Below, in pieces: positions 36,325-46,193 of a stretch of 64,000 bases of DNA. The notes beneath the pieces are model-generated. The model was given only the letters and a program-made list of their open reading frames with translations, ran no database searches and had not been told where the DNA came from. The stretch's first letter is position 1, and each line of letters opens with the position of its first letter. Source of the DNA: Elusimicrobiota bacterium. GTDB taxonomy: Bacteria; Elusimicrobiota; Endomicrobiia; Endomicrobiales; JBDRNC01. Made by a program: the position numbers and the translations under genes. Where the stretch lies: NCBI GenBank assembly GCA_043811535.1, contig JBDRNC010000028.1:134821-198820 (forward strand), given 5' to 3'.

Positions 36325-38016
36325 TCATGCAGCCGGCAGGTATATCGAAAATGTGGTTCCTTTGTCTTTCCCTTCGCTTTCTACTGTTATATTGCCGTGG
36401 TGCTGATGGATTATGCCGCAGGATATGGATAGTCCGAGTCCGGTTCCTTTTTCTTTGGTCGTGAAAAACGGGTCAAATATCTTGTCTATGTTCTCCGGCG
36501 ATATGCCGTAGCCCTCGTCTTTAAATAATATTTCATCTCGGTTGTTTATGCTGTCAAAACGCGTGGAAATATGGAGCGTGCCCCCATTCTGCATCGCGTG
36601 CGCCGCGTTAATTATCATGTTTATGAATACCTGTTCAAGGCGCGACATGTTGCCGAGTACCTGAGGCATTTCCGGTGACAAGTCGTTAACTATCTTTATC
36701 TGCTTGACTTCCGGCTGGTAGGAGACAAGACGGATTGCGTTCAGAAGAATCGCGTTCACCGAACATTCCAACATATCTGTTTCGTTCATTTTTGAAAATT
36801 CAAGCAGATTACCCACTATCTTCTTGCAGCGCTGCGAGGCCTCGTCTATTTCAGAAAATATCTGCGCGAACTGTCCGCTTGTTCCTTTCATGTCCTTAAT
36901 ATATTGAGCATTCCCCATTATTATCGTAAGGGGGTTATTGAGTTCGTGCGCTATGCCGGAAGCCATTTCGCCCAAAGCAGTGAGCTTGCTTGTCTGCAAT
37001 AACTGCTTTTGCATGATTCTATTCTCTTGTTCCGCTTTATTTTGCCCGGTTATATCTCTAACTGTTGCCTGGAGGAATTCTTTTCCGGATATATTTACTT
37101 TTGTTAACATAACTATTGCCGGAAAATTCTCTCCTGTCGTTCTTTTATGCGTCCAATAAAATAAGTTAGCCCCCTCAAGCATCGCTATTTCTATCATTTC
37201 TTTTGCCTTGTCGGAAGAAAGGCTGCCGTCAGGCTGAAACTCAGGCGATAATTTCCACAGCGGGAAAGAACAAAACTCCATCTCATCTTTACACACAAAC
37301 ATTTTCAGAGTTGCCGGGTTGCAGGTAGTGAAATTCCACAAAGGCGGTTCAAGCGTCATTAGTGCATCACTAGAGCTATTAAAGAGCACGCGAAACATTT
37401 CCTCACTATCTCTCAAATTGTTTTCGTATTTATTCCTTTCGGTTATATCAAATATGGTTGAACGCGTCATGATAAAAGCTCCTGACAGGTATTTGACGAT
37501 GCTGGAATTCATAAGAACAGGGAAAACCGTTCCGTCCTTGCGTTTTAACTGCAATTCCCTTCCCTTTAACTCCCCGTCATTCATGAAAGCGGCAAAGCCT
37601 TTTTTAAAATTATTTTGAGATTCTCCCGAAAGAATCTCGTGGAAATATGATTTTCCGATGACTTCATCGCGGGAATACCCCAGCCATGAAAGTTCGGTGT
37701 CATTTATACGCAGGCATATCCCGTTTGCGTCCAATGAATGGTAACCGCAGGGAGCGTTGTTGTACAGGTCATTTATCTCGTCCAGGGATTTCTTCATTTC
37801 GGCATCCGCGGCATGTAATTGCGCATAATGCTTGTTTTCGGCGCGATAGACAAAAATGACGTACAACAGGATTATCAGAATGAAGAAAAAGATGCCGAAT
37901 AAGATGCCGAGGTAGGAATAGTACATATTATCCCCGAAAACTAAAAAGAGCATGATTGCGGATACAACGGCGAACAATGCCCATGGAAAACGGGTTGTTT
38001 TACTGTTATTTTTCAT
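36325..38016 (-). CDS. Membrane PAS-PAS histidine kinase
   Basis: Two TMs, PAS (NAPCGYHSLD), AHELNNPL, GTGLGL. Confidence 0.92.
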   Translation of the reverse strand: MKNNSKTTRFPWALFAVVSAIMLFLVFGDNMYYSYLGILFGIFFFILIILLYVIFVYRAENKHYAQLHAADAEMKKSLDEINDLYNNAPCGYHSLDANGICLRINDTELSWLGYSRDEVIGKSYFHEILSGESQNNFKKGFAAFMNDGELKGRELQLKRKDGTVFPVLMNSSIVKYLSGAFIMTRSTIFDITERNKYENNLRDSEEMFRVLFNSSSDALMTLEPPLWNFTTCNPATLKMFVCKDEMEFCSFPLWKLSPEFQPDGSLSSDKAKEMIEIAMLEGANLFYWTHKRTTGENFPAIVMLTKVNISGKEFLQATVRDITGQNKAEQENRIMQKQLLQTSKLTALGEMASGIAHELNNPLTIIMGNAQYIKDMKGTSGQFAQIFSEIDEASQRCKKIVGNLLEFSKMNETDMLECSVNAILLNAIRLVSYQPEVKQIKIVNDLSPEMPQVLGNMSRLEQVFINMIINAAHAMQNGGTLHISTRFDSINNRDEILFKDEGYGISPENIDKIFDPFFTTKEKGTGLGLSISCGIIHQHHGNITVESEGKDKGTTFSIYLPAA

Positions 38017-38708
38017 TTGATTCTCCCGAATCCTATTTTGGCCGAAAATTTGAGAATATATCCCCTGCCGCGCACGGTGTGAATCAGCTTATTATCGTAA
38101 TTACGGTCTATCTTTTTCCGCAGGAAATTAATGTACACATCAATTATGTTGGTTTCATGGGCGCGGGCGTTGCCCCAGAGATTACCGGCTATCATTTCCC
38201 GCGAGACGACTTTCTCTGCGTTATTCACCAGAAACTGCAGCAGTCTGAATTCGTTTTTAGTGAGCCGTATGTCGTTGCCGTCTCTTTTTACCGACTGCTC
38301 CGCGTCATTGAGGACAAGCCCGTACGTTTGAACCGCGGATCTGGCGCCGTTCCTCTTCCTGATGTTGGAGCGTAACCTGTCGGAAATGTCCTCGAATGAG
38401 AACGGCATGGCAATGCAGTCATCGGCTCCCGCCTCAAACCCCCTGACTTTCTCTTCGGCCGAATCACCGGTGCCCAGAATGACAAACGGAACTCGGCCGT
38501 ATTTTACCCGTATCATTTTGCAAAGTTCAAGCCCGTTTATACCCGGGACGGCGGCATCGATTATGATGGAATCATAGATGCTGTTCGCCGCCAGCAGAAG
38601 GCCGCTCTCTCCGCAGGAAGCGGTGTTGACGCTGTATTCTTCCTGCTCAAGCCCGTACCTTATGAAATTCGAGAGTTTTTCGTCGTTTTCTATCAGAAGT
38701 ATGCGCAT
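38013..38708 (-). CDS. OmpR-family response regulator with an atypical receiver
   Basis: wHTH LTKNEF...DVYINFLRKKI...TVRGRGY; receiver has END and AMPF in place of EDD and KPF. Confidence 0.88.
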   Translation of the reverse strand: MRILLIENDEKLSNFIRYGLEQEEYSVNTASCGESGLLLAANSIYDSIIIDAAVPGINGLELCKMIRVKYGRVPFVILGTGDSAEEKVRGFEAGADDCIAMPFSFEDISDRLRSNIRKRNGARSAVQTYGLVLNDAEQSVKRDGNDIRLTKNEFRLLQFLVNNAEKVVSREMIAGNLWGNARAHETNIIDVYINFLRKKIDRNYDNKLIHTVRGRGYILKFSAKIGFGRIK

Positions 38709-38777
38709 AATGTCCTTGGATCAACCAGGCATAGCAGGTGGAGGGAGTCCATCTACACAATAACTATAGCAGGCGTA

Positions 38778-38806
38778 GATTAAAAACAGATTAAAATAGG
38801 ATTAAA
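38778..38806. promoter_or_regulatory. Putative OmpR/PhoB-type binding site
   Basis: GATTAAA three times at 11-bp spacing (38778, 38789, 38800). Confidence 0.55.
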
Positions 38807-38984
38807 CTATTTTAATGCTGGGCAGACGAAGCAAGTTGATGCGATAATTAGGAAGATTTTAGCGCGAGAGCGCTAAAAGTGATTAGAAATACAAGCAATT
38901 AAGTTAATTTGATGTTATACTGATGAGTGGAATACTGGAAGGGGGTGTAAGTCAAAAACGGTTTGTATTTTGAATGGGATATGT

Positions 38985-39662
38985 CTATTCTTTGGTCCGG
39001 AGGATATAGCCCTGCCCTTTTACGGTCTCTATTAATTTTCTGTTAAAGCTGGTGTTAATCTTATTGCGCAAATAGTTAATGTAAACGTCTATTACATTGG
39101 AAAAAGAGTCGAAATCATGGTCCCACACATGCTCCGCTATCATTGTCCTTGTAACCGTGCAGTCAGCATTCCTCATTAAGTACTCCAGAAGCGTGAATTC
39201 CTTATTAGTCAGGAATATCTCCTTGTCTCTCCTGATAACTTTGTGACTTACCAGGTCCAGAGTGAGATCGCCCGCTTTGAGCTTTGAATTGGCCTGCGGG
39301 TACTTTTTCCGGAGATTGGCGCGTATTCTCGCCAGAAGTTCCTGAAAATCGAACGGCTTGGTTAAATAATCATCGGCCCCGGCGTCCAATCCTTTAATTT
39401 TATCGTCTGTCAGTATTTTGTTGCCGGAGGTTATTATTATGGGCATGACAAACTTCTCATCCCTTAATTTTTTGCACAAACTCATGCCGTTTATCTTGGG
39501 CATTACGGAGTCCATGATTATCAGGTCATAATCGTTTGAGGCGGCGCGAATATATCCTTCTTCCCCGTCGCAAGCCGTGTCAACGGCATAGCCCGCCTCT
39601 TTTAACCCGCGCTTGATGAAACTTACGATACTCACTTCGTCGTCAATCACAAGAATACGCAT
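38985..39662 (-). CDS. OmpR-family response regulator (CusR/CzcR-like)
   Basis: GLDAGADDYLTKPF, LTNKEF, NVIDVYINYLRNKI. Confidence 0.93.
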   Translation of the reverse strand: MRILVIDDEVSIVSFIKRGLKEAGYAVDTACDGEEGYIRAASNDYDLIIMDSVMPKINGMSLCKKLRDEKFVMPIIITSGNKILTDDKIKGLDAGADDYLTKPFDFQELLARIRANLRKKYPQANSKLKAGDLTLDLVSHKVIRRDKEIFLTNKEFTLLEYLMRNADCTVTRTMIAEHVWDHDFDSFSNVIDVYINYLRNKINTSFNRKLIETVKGQGYILRTKE

Positions 39663-39716
39663 AGTTTCCCTTTAACTTACATATTTAGAAGTAAAAATAT
39701 ATCAGTATAATAGAAT

Positions 39717-40415
39717 TTATAACTCAATAAATTTATAGCCTTCTCCCTTGATTGTTACTATTCTTTCCCCCGCCTTCCCCAATTTCTTTCTGAGCGAATA
39801 TATATGCGCGTCTAAAGTCCTTGATCCGGATCCAAACTCATCACCCCAAATCTCTTGAATGATATGATTTCTATTAATAAATTTATTCGGAAACCTTAAG
39901 AATATCTGTAATAAATTGTATTCTTTGCTGGTTAGTTCTAACTGCTTTCCACAAACAGTCAATGTTCTCTCGGAAATATCCATCAATATATCATCGCTTT
40001 TGAAGACTTTGCGCCAATTTTTTTTTCTATGTTTTTTAGTGTTTAATGCCTTGCTTACCTTGGCTACAAGCTCTTCCGGAGTAAATGGTTTGATAATATA
40101 ATCCGACGCTCCCATCTGAAGGCAGGATATAGCGGGCCCTGCCTTGTTCAGCGCTGATATCATAATAATCGGCAGTTTATCATCCCTTCCTCTCATATGG
40201 CGCAATACTTCTATTCCGCTCAAATCAGGTAATAAAATATCAACTATAGCTAAATCAATTTCACTCATCTGATTATATTTTGCAATGGCAGACTGCGCAT
40301 CATAAGCGGCCACAACAAAGTAATTATGCGGCTGCAATATTTTGTCAATTAGTTTTATCATCGCCGGCTCATCATCAACAACAATAATTGTTTTCCTTTG
40401 TCCAGTTAAAACCAT
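39717..40415 (-). CDS. OmpR-family response regulator
   Basis: VDDE, VDILLP, KPF, LTSKEY, RTLDAHIYSLRKKL. Confidence 0.92.
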   Translation of the reverse strand: MVLTGQRKTIIVVDDEPAMIKLIDKILQPHNYFVVAAYDAQSAIAKYNQMSEIDLAIVDILLPDLSGIEVLRHMRGRDDKLPIIMISALNKAGPAISCLQMGASDYIIKPFTPEELVAKVSKALNTKKHRKKNWRKVFKSDDILMDISERTLTVCGKQLELTSKEYNLLQIFLRFPNKFINRNHIIQEIWGDEFGSGSRTLDAHIYSLRKKLGKAGERIVTIKGEGYKFIEL

Positions 40416-40730
40416 ACTATACTCCTTAATCCTTAAATATCAGAATCCTTATTCTTCCATCAATATTTTACATATAATTTTCATAAGAATCAATCCCGCG
40501 TCATTGAATCCTCCAGCTACCGCTGGGGGGCGAGGCGGAGCCGTCCGACTACGCATGGACTCCAGCGAATACGCTAAGGAAGTCGCGGGAGGTCGCGTTG
40601 TTGAAGGAGCCTCCCCGACTCTTTCGGGGAGGGGCTCCACTCATTATATGATTATCGATATTTAGTTGTGCAAAAATGTATTCCAGCTGAATAATAAGCA
40701 AAAAATAGCAAAATATAAGCAATTTTTAAA

Positions 40731-40757
40731 TGTAAAATTACTGTAAGCAGTATGTAA
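40731..40757. promoter_or_regulatory. Putative OmpR/PhoB-type binding site
   Basis: TGTAA three times at 11-bp spacing (40731, 40742, 40753). Confidence 0.5.
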
Positions 40758-40883
40758 AGTTATTATAGGCAATTGAATGATAATTTATCTATTATGATGC
40801 ATATGCACGTCGGAATCGCGTGTTTTGCCTTTATTTGTCCGCAATATATTCAGTTTAAATGATTAAGAAAAACATTCAAATCA

Positions 40884-40912
40884 TTGACATTTATTCATAA
40901 TTTGACTATTCT
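40884..40912 (+). promoter_or_regulatory. Sigma70-like promoter for the PKS-like operon
   Basis: TTGACA, 17 nt spacer, TATTCT. Confidence 0.55.
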
Positions 40913-41121
40913 TTAGATGCGTAAGCCAAATTAACAAAAAATGCTTGTCTTCTGTAAAAATCCGTTAGAAAATATTATTTTAAGTTACCCGAATTCAAAT
41001 TTATATTAATTATCACGCGATATGCAGGTATTTTACGGCATATCTGAGAAATAACAAAAGTATTTTGTTAATATAAATTTAAAAATAGCGGCATAAAATG
41101 AATGAAAATGAATAATATAAA

Positions 41122-41976
41122 ATGATAATAGATTTGAGCCTTCCAATAGCTAATAAGCCCTCGGAACCCGATTCAGCCAAAATTACCTACATTAGCCATA
41201 CATGTGGCGCCAAGCGCCTTATAAACGGCGCTTTTAATGTCATTGCTAAAAAAAATCTGCTCAAAGGGCTTTTATTCAAATTAATGACAATACTTCGATC
41301 CTGCGGCGTAGATAGAATATTTAATTTACGTCTTCCCGCGCTGACTTACAAAGACTTCCCTAATGAAATGGGGCTCGCAAATGAGGATATCACGCTGGAT
41401 ACTCATACCGGCACGCATATGGATGCTCCATGGCATTTCGGACCGTTATTGGTAGGACAAAAACCTAAAACAATTGACAAGATACCTTTAGAGTGGTGCT
41501 ACTCGGATGGTGTATTACTGGATATGCGTCATAAAAAGCCAGAAGAATTGATAAGCGAAGCCGATATAACAAATGCCCTGTTCAAGATTGGATATAAATT
41601 AAAACCTTATGATATCGTTTTGATAATGACCGGCGCAGACCGCCACTTCAACGACGGAAGCTATTTTTCGGCCCACCCGGGCATGAGCGCAGAGGCGACT
41701 ATATATTTAATCAGGCAGGGAATTAAGATAATAGGCATTGATGCATGGGGTTTTGACAAGCCCGCAATGAAAATGCTCAGCGATTATCTCAAGACAAGAG
41801 ATAAATCATCTATTTTCCCGGCTCATTTTGTCGGAAGAAAATACGAATACTGCCACATTGAACAGTTGTCAAATCTTGACAAAATTCCAAAGTCCCACGG
41901 TTTCAAAGTTGCTTGTTTTCCGGTTAAAATCGAGAATGCCGGGGCTGGATGGTGCCGGGCGGTGGCAATAATATGA
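41122..41976 (+). CDS. Cyclase family (kynurenine formamidase-like) metal-dependent protein
   Basis: IIDLS, HTGTHMDAPWH, GIDAWG.D, HIEQL.NL, P.KI..AGAGWCRAVA. Confidence 0.9.
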   Translation: MIIDLSLPIANKPSEPDSAKITYISHTCGAKRLINGAFNVIAKKNLLKGLLFKLMTILRSCGVDRIFNLRLPALTYKDFPNEMGLANEDITLDTHTGTHMDAPWHFGPLLVGQKPKTIDKIPLEWCYSDGVLLDMRHKKPEELISEADITNALFKIGYKLKPYDIVLIMTGADRHFNDGSYFSAHPGMSAEATIYLIRQGIKIIGIDAWGFDKPAMKMLSDYLKTRDKSSIFPAHFVGRKYEYCHIEQLSNLDKIPKSHGFKVACFPVKIENAGAGWCRAVAII

Positions 41977-42404
41977 TTACGAAAGGTTCAATCATTATAA
42001 AGGAGTCATTTTTCAAGGTATATGCGGTTGCCTGCGATATTGAACATCAACATGAGTTTATTCCAGGATACGAACCCGCCGTGATATCCAAAACAAATGA
42101 CGGAAAAATGGTCATACAAAGAACCGCAGCGCTTAATAAAAAGAAAATGACCTGGAAATCAACCGCTGAATTCGCACCTAATAAATTTATACTGTTTAAG
42201 CAAATTGAAGGCAGATTAAAGGGAATGGAAATTGAATGGTTATTTGATGCTGTTGATGAAGGAACTATGCTTACCATAACACACACTTTAAGATTGAACA
42301 TTCCGATTATCGGAAGATTTATAGAGACTTATATTGCCAAACCGGCAATTGATAAGCTCACATCTAATGTGCTCAAAGGCTTAAAGAACAAGATGGAGAA
42401 ATAA
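41973..42404 (+). CDS. SRPBCC / polyketide cyclase-aromatase family protein
   Basis: VY.VA.D.E...EFIP, W.S, F.Q..G.LKGM..EW.F; ATG 41973 overlaps the upstream TGA. Confidence 0.78.
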   Translation: MITKGSIIIKESFFKVYAVACDIEHQHEFIPGYEPAVISKTNDGKMVIQRTAALNKKKMTWKSTAEFAPNKFILFKQIEGRLKGMEIEWLFDAVDEGTMLTITHTLRLNIPIIGRFIETYIAKPAIDKLTSNVLKGLKNKMEK

Positions 42405-42953
42405 ATGAACCGATACTTCATTATTTTATATGTTATATTTTTTATTTCAATATTTATGCTTAGAAACGCAATAAGAAATAAAACATTACGCTCCGGGAAA
42501 ATAAAAGGAAGAGTCGTAGCTGGTTGGACGACGAAATATATCTTTATTGTCTACCTCATAATACTATTCGGTTCTTTAATCGAATATTTCATTCTAAAGC
42601 GGGAAATTAACATAATCATCAGTATTTCAGGTGTTTTGTTATATGCAATAGGTATTATGGGCAGGCAATGGGCTTTTAATTCACTGGGAAAATATTGGAG
42701 TGTTGATATTGAAATCAGAGAAAACCATGAAATAATCCGAAAAGGGCCCTACAGACATATGAGACACCCCAACAATGCATTTCATTTATTGGAAGTTATT
42801 GGAATTACATTAGTGCCAAATTCATATTATTCATTATTAATATTATTATTCGCATATTTGCCCATAATAATATTGCGTTCAATTATTGAAGAAAAGGCAA
42901 TGTTTATCGCTTTGAATGAGAATTACGCGAAATATAAACAAGAGACAATCTAA
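42405..42953 (+). CDS. Isoprenylcysteine carboxyl methyltransferase-family membrane methyltransferase
   Basis: LGKYWS, GPYRHMRHPN, R..EEKA. Confidence 0.88.
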   Translation: MNRYFIILYVIFFISIFMLRNAIRNKTLRSGKIKGRVVAGWTTKYIFIVYLIILFGSLIEYFILKREINIIISISGVLLYAIGIMGRQWAFNSLGKYWSVDIEIRENHEIIRKGPYRHMRHPNNAFHLLEVIGITLVPNSYYSLLILLFAYLPIIILRSIIEEKAMFIALNENYAKYKQETI

Positions 42954-42984
42954 TAATATCCGATATTTGTTAAAAGGAGCATAA

Positions 42985-44367
42985 ATGATTTTAAAACTAA
43001 TTATTCCTAAAAGAAAAAATGCCGATGAAGAACCTGAAAACTGGGGAGGGCAATTTCAGTCTATTATATTTGGAGTGAAAAAATATAGTTCCGTGATGCT
43101 TTCCATTCCGGTCATCGCCGGGCTTACACCTAAAGGAATTGACATAGTAATTAAGGATGAAAACATAGAAAACATTAATTTTGATGAAAAAGTTGATTTT
43201 GTTGGCATTACCGCCAACACCTCTTTAGTTGAAAGGGCATACGAAATCTCTGATGAATTCAGGAAAAAAGGAGTCAAAGTCATAATTGGAGGTATACATG
43301 TTTCAATGCTTCCTGAAGAGGGGCTGCAGCACGCAGACTCGGTTTTAGTAGGCGAAGCGGAGAATATATGGGCACAGGTAATAGATGATTTTCAAAATAA
43401 TAACTTAAAAAGGATTTATAAATCCGATCAGAAACCGAACATAGATATACAGCCAATGCCGCGATATGATTTAGTGAATAATCAGAAGTATAGTTTCCAT
43501 GTCATTCAAGCAACGCGTGGATGCCCTTTTGATTGCGAATTTTGTTCAGTGCAAGCATACCTTGGAAATAAATATAGGTGTAAATCCGTAGAAAATGTTA
43601 TAAAGGAAATAGAATATCTAAATTCTATTGAAAAAAAACTAATATTCTTCTGCGATGATAACTTTGTTGCAAATATAGTTAGAACCAAGGAAATACTTAG
43701 AAGAATGATACCATTAAGAACACCATACACGATACAAACAACAATTGATATTTATAAAGATGATGAATTATTAGATCTCCTTGTATCAAGCGGATGTCTC
43801 AGTGTTCTTATTGGTTTTGAAACAATAGACCAACAAAATCTTGATAATATAAATAAACACAATAAAGTTGAAACATACTATAAAGCCATCGAAAAAATCC
43901 AATCCAAAGGCCTTATAATACTTGGATCATTTGTATTTGGTTTTGATAATGACAGTGTAAATATATTTAGGGAAACAGTTAATTTTGTTAAAAATACGGG
44001 ACTTGGAAATTGCGTAGTCAACATACTTACCCCATTACCTGGGACCGCATTATCTAATAGACTTTTAAAAGAGAGAAGAATATTAGATAAAAATTGGTAC
44101 GATTATGATTGTTGCCATGTTTGTTTCGAGCCAAAAAATATGACACAAAGTGAATTGAAATACGGATATTATTGGGCATTTAAGGAGTTGTTTGAATTAA
44201 ATAATATTTGGGATCGCATTATGAGATTATATGCACTTTGGAATAAAAATGGAGCGAGATTACATGAAAGGATGTTTCCAATTATTACGAATATGGCGTC
44301 TCATTATGTTTCTAATACAATCCCGAAAAGTATAGATCCTTTTATAAAAGGAGATATTAGTGTATAA
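42985..44367 (+). CDS. Cobalamin-dependent radical SAM enzyme
   Basis: IAGLTP, GGIHVS, GEAE, TRGCPFDCEFC, IGFET, FGFDND, TPLPGT. Confidence 0.92.
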   Translation: MILKLIIPKRKNADEEPENWGGQFQSIIFGVKKYSSVMLSIPVIAGLTPKGIDIVIKDENIENINFDEKVDFVGITANTSLVERAYEISDEFRKKGVKVIIGGIHVSMLPEEGLQHADSVLVGEAENIWAQVIDDFQNNNLKRIYKSDQKPNIDIQPMPRYDLVNNQKYSFHVIQATRGCPFDCEFCSVQAYLGNKYRCKSVENVIKEIEYLNSIEKKLIFFCDDNFVANIVRTKEILRRMIPLRTPYTIQTTIDIYKDDELLDLLVSSGCLSVLIGFETIDQQNLDNINKHNKVETYYKAIEKIQSKGLIILGSFVFGFDNDSVNIFRETVNFVKNTGLGNCVVNILTPLPGTALSNRLLKERRILDKNWYDYDCCHVCFEPKNMTQSELKYGYYWAFKELFELNNIWDRIMRLYALWNKNGARLHERMFPIITNMASHYVSNTIPKSIDPFIKGDISV

Positions 44368-44941
44368 GTATCTTTATTTAATAATAGTATTATCTGCATT
44401 TATTAATAGATACATTGTTACTCAAAAAGTCAAAAATATGCAGAAAATAAAAGGAGATGTATCAGCAGGCTGGATAACAAAAGTGATTTTCTTATTCTAT
44501 ATTCTTGTCTTCTTGACACCTTCCGCTGAAATATTCATTATAAAAAGGGAAATAAACTACTATATTTCCGCAGCTGCTTTAATAGTATATTTTACTGGCA
44601 TGTTCTTCTGGCTATGGGCAATCAAAACTCTAAATCAATACTGGAGCATCGAAATTGAGATACGGGACGAACATCCATTAATAAAATCAGGACCGTACAG
44701 ATATTTCAGGCACCCGCATTACTTGTTCATCTTTTGTGAACTTTTCGGCCTCCCATTAATTGCAAATGCTTACTATTCCCTTATTTTAATGGCGATGATA
44801 TTTATTCCGCTAATAGTGTTAAGAATAATATATGAGGAAAAGGCATTGATAAATAAATTTGGAGATAAATACCGGGAATATCAGAAGGAAGTATGGGGTT
44901 TATTCCCAATTTCGCTTTTTAAGAAGGGAGTGCGTGTATAG
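44360..44941 (+). CDS. Second ICMT-family membrane methyltransferase
   Basis: YWSIEIEIR, GPYRYFRHPHY, RI.YEEKAL; paralog of 42405-42953. Confidence 0.88.
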   Translation: MYKYLYLIIVLSAFINRYIVTQKVKNMQKIKGDVSAGWITKVIFLFYILVFLTPSAEIFIIKREINYYISAAALIVYFTGMFFWLWAIKTLNQYWSIEIEIRDEHPLIKSGPYRYFRHPHYLFIFCELFGLPLIANAYYSLILMAMIFIPLIVLRIIYEEKALINKFGDKYREYQKEVWGLFPISLFKKGVRV

Positions 44942-44942
44942 A

Positions 44943-46193
44943 ATGGAAAATGGACGAGATAGAAGAGTTGTCATTACAGGACTAGGAGTTATCGCTCCAA
45001 GCGGAATTGGAAAGGACAAATTCTGGAATAATACCATTGCCGGAAAATCTTTCACTAAAAAAATAACTAGATTTAATGCCTCTCAGCATCCTTCGCAAAT
45101 CGCCGCAGAAATTGATAATTTTAACGCTAAGGATTTTGTGGACTCGCACCAGATAAAACGAACGGATTTATCCACCCAATACGCGATTGCCGCCTCAAAA
45201 CTTGCGCTGAAAGACGCTGGCATTGACATCAACAATGAAGATCCTGAAAAAGTTGGTTTAATTGTCGGTATTGCCGTAGGCGGTATGGATTTTGCTGAGA
45301 AACAATTTGAAAATTACAGGACCCGCGGACTTAAAAGCATCAGTCCCTACACGGCCATATCAGTTTTCTGCTGCGCGCCTGTAGGGCAAATCTCAATCGA
45401 TTTGGGTATAAAGGGATATAACAACGCAATATCCACCGGATGTACTGCCGGAACTGTTTCTATAGGCAATGCCTATAACATCATTAAACAGTGGGGAGCG
45501 GATATAATGCTTGCCGGAGGAACGGATGCCCCCATTTCCCCTCTTACCATGTATTCTTTTTGCATAATAAGAGCATTATCTACCAGAAATCATGAACCCG
45601 AAAAGGCCTCAAGGCCTTTTGACAAAGAAAGGGATGGATTTGTAATGGGCGAGGGATCGGGAATAATTGCTATGGAAGAATTAAATCACGCATTGAAAAG
45701 AAATGCTCATATATACGCCGAAATTATAGGTTACGGGACTACGTGCAACGCGTATCACATGACCGCCCCGGAGCCGGATGGAGAACAATCAGCAAGGGCA
45801 ATGAAAATCGCTATGAATAATGCCGGAATATTCCCTGAACAGATTGACTACCTGCAGGCGCATGGCAGCTCAACGCTTTTAAACGAAAAATCCGAAACAA
45901 TCGCAATAAAAAAGGCATTTGGCGAATATGCGTATAAATTACCTATAAGCAGTCTTAAATCCATGATAGGCCATCCGCTTGGCGCTTCCGGCGCCTTTCA
46001 AACAATAACCAATTGCCTTGCAATCGAAAATGGCATCATCCCCCCTACAATAAACTATGAATACCCTGACCCCGATTGTGATCTTGACTGCGTACCTAAT
46101 AAGGCAAGGAACAAAGCAGTCAATATCGCAATGCAGAATTCTGCAGGTTTTTCAGGAGTTAATGCTGTTCTTCTGTTAAAAAAATACATATGA
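44943..46193 (+). CDS. Beta-ketoacyl synthase, type II PKS KS-alpha-like
   Basis: RRVVITGLG, STGCTAG (catalytic Cys), DAPISP, NAYHMT, AHGSST, KSMIGH; ATG 44943. Confidence 0.88.
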   Translation: MENGRDRRVVITGLGVIAPSGIGKDKFWNNTIAGKSFTKKITRFNASQHPSQIAAEIDNFNAKDFVDSHQIKRTDLSTQYAIAASKLALKDAGIDINNEDPEKVGLIVGIAVGGMDFAEKQFENYRTRGLKSISPYTAISVFCCAPVGQISIDLGIKGYNNAISTGCTAGTVSIGNAYNIIKQWGADIMLAGGTDAPISPLTMYSFCIIRALSTRNHEPEKASRPFDKERDGFVMGEGSGIIAMEELNHALKRNAHIYAEIIGYGTTCNAYHMTAPEPDGEQSARAMKIAMNNAGIFPEQIDYLQAHGSSTLLNEKSETIAIKKAFGEYAYKLPISSLKSMIGHPLGASGAFQTITNCLAIENGIIPPTINYEYPDPDCDLDCVPNKARNKAVNIAMQNSAGFSGVNAVLLLKKYI

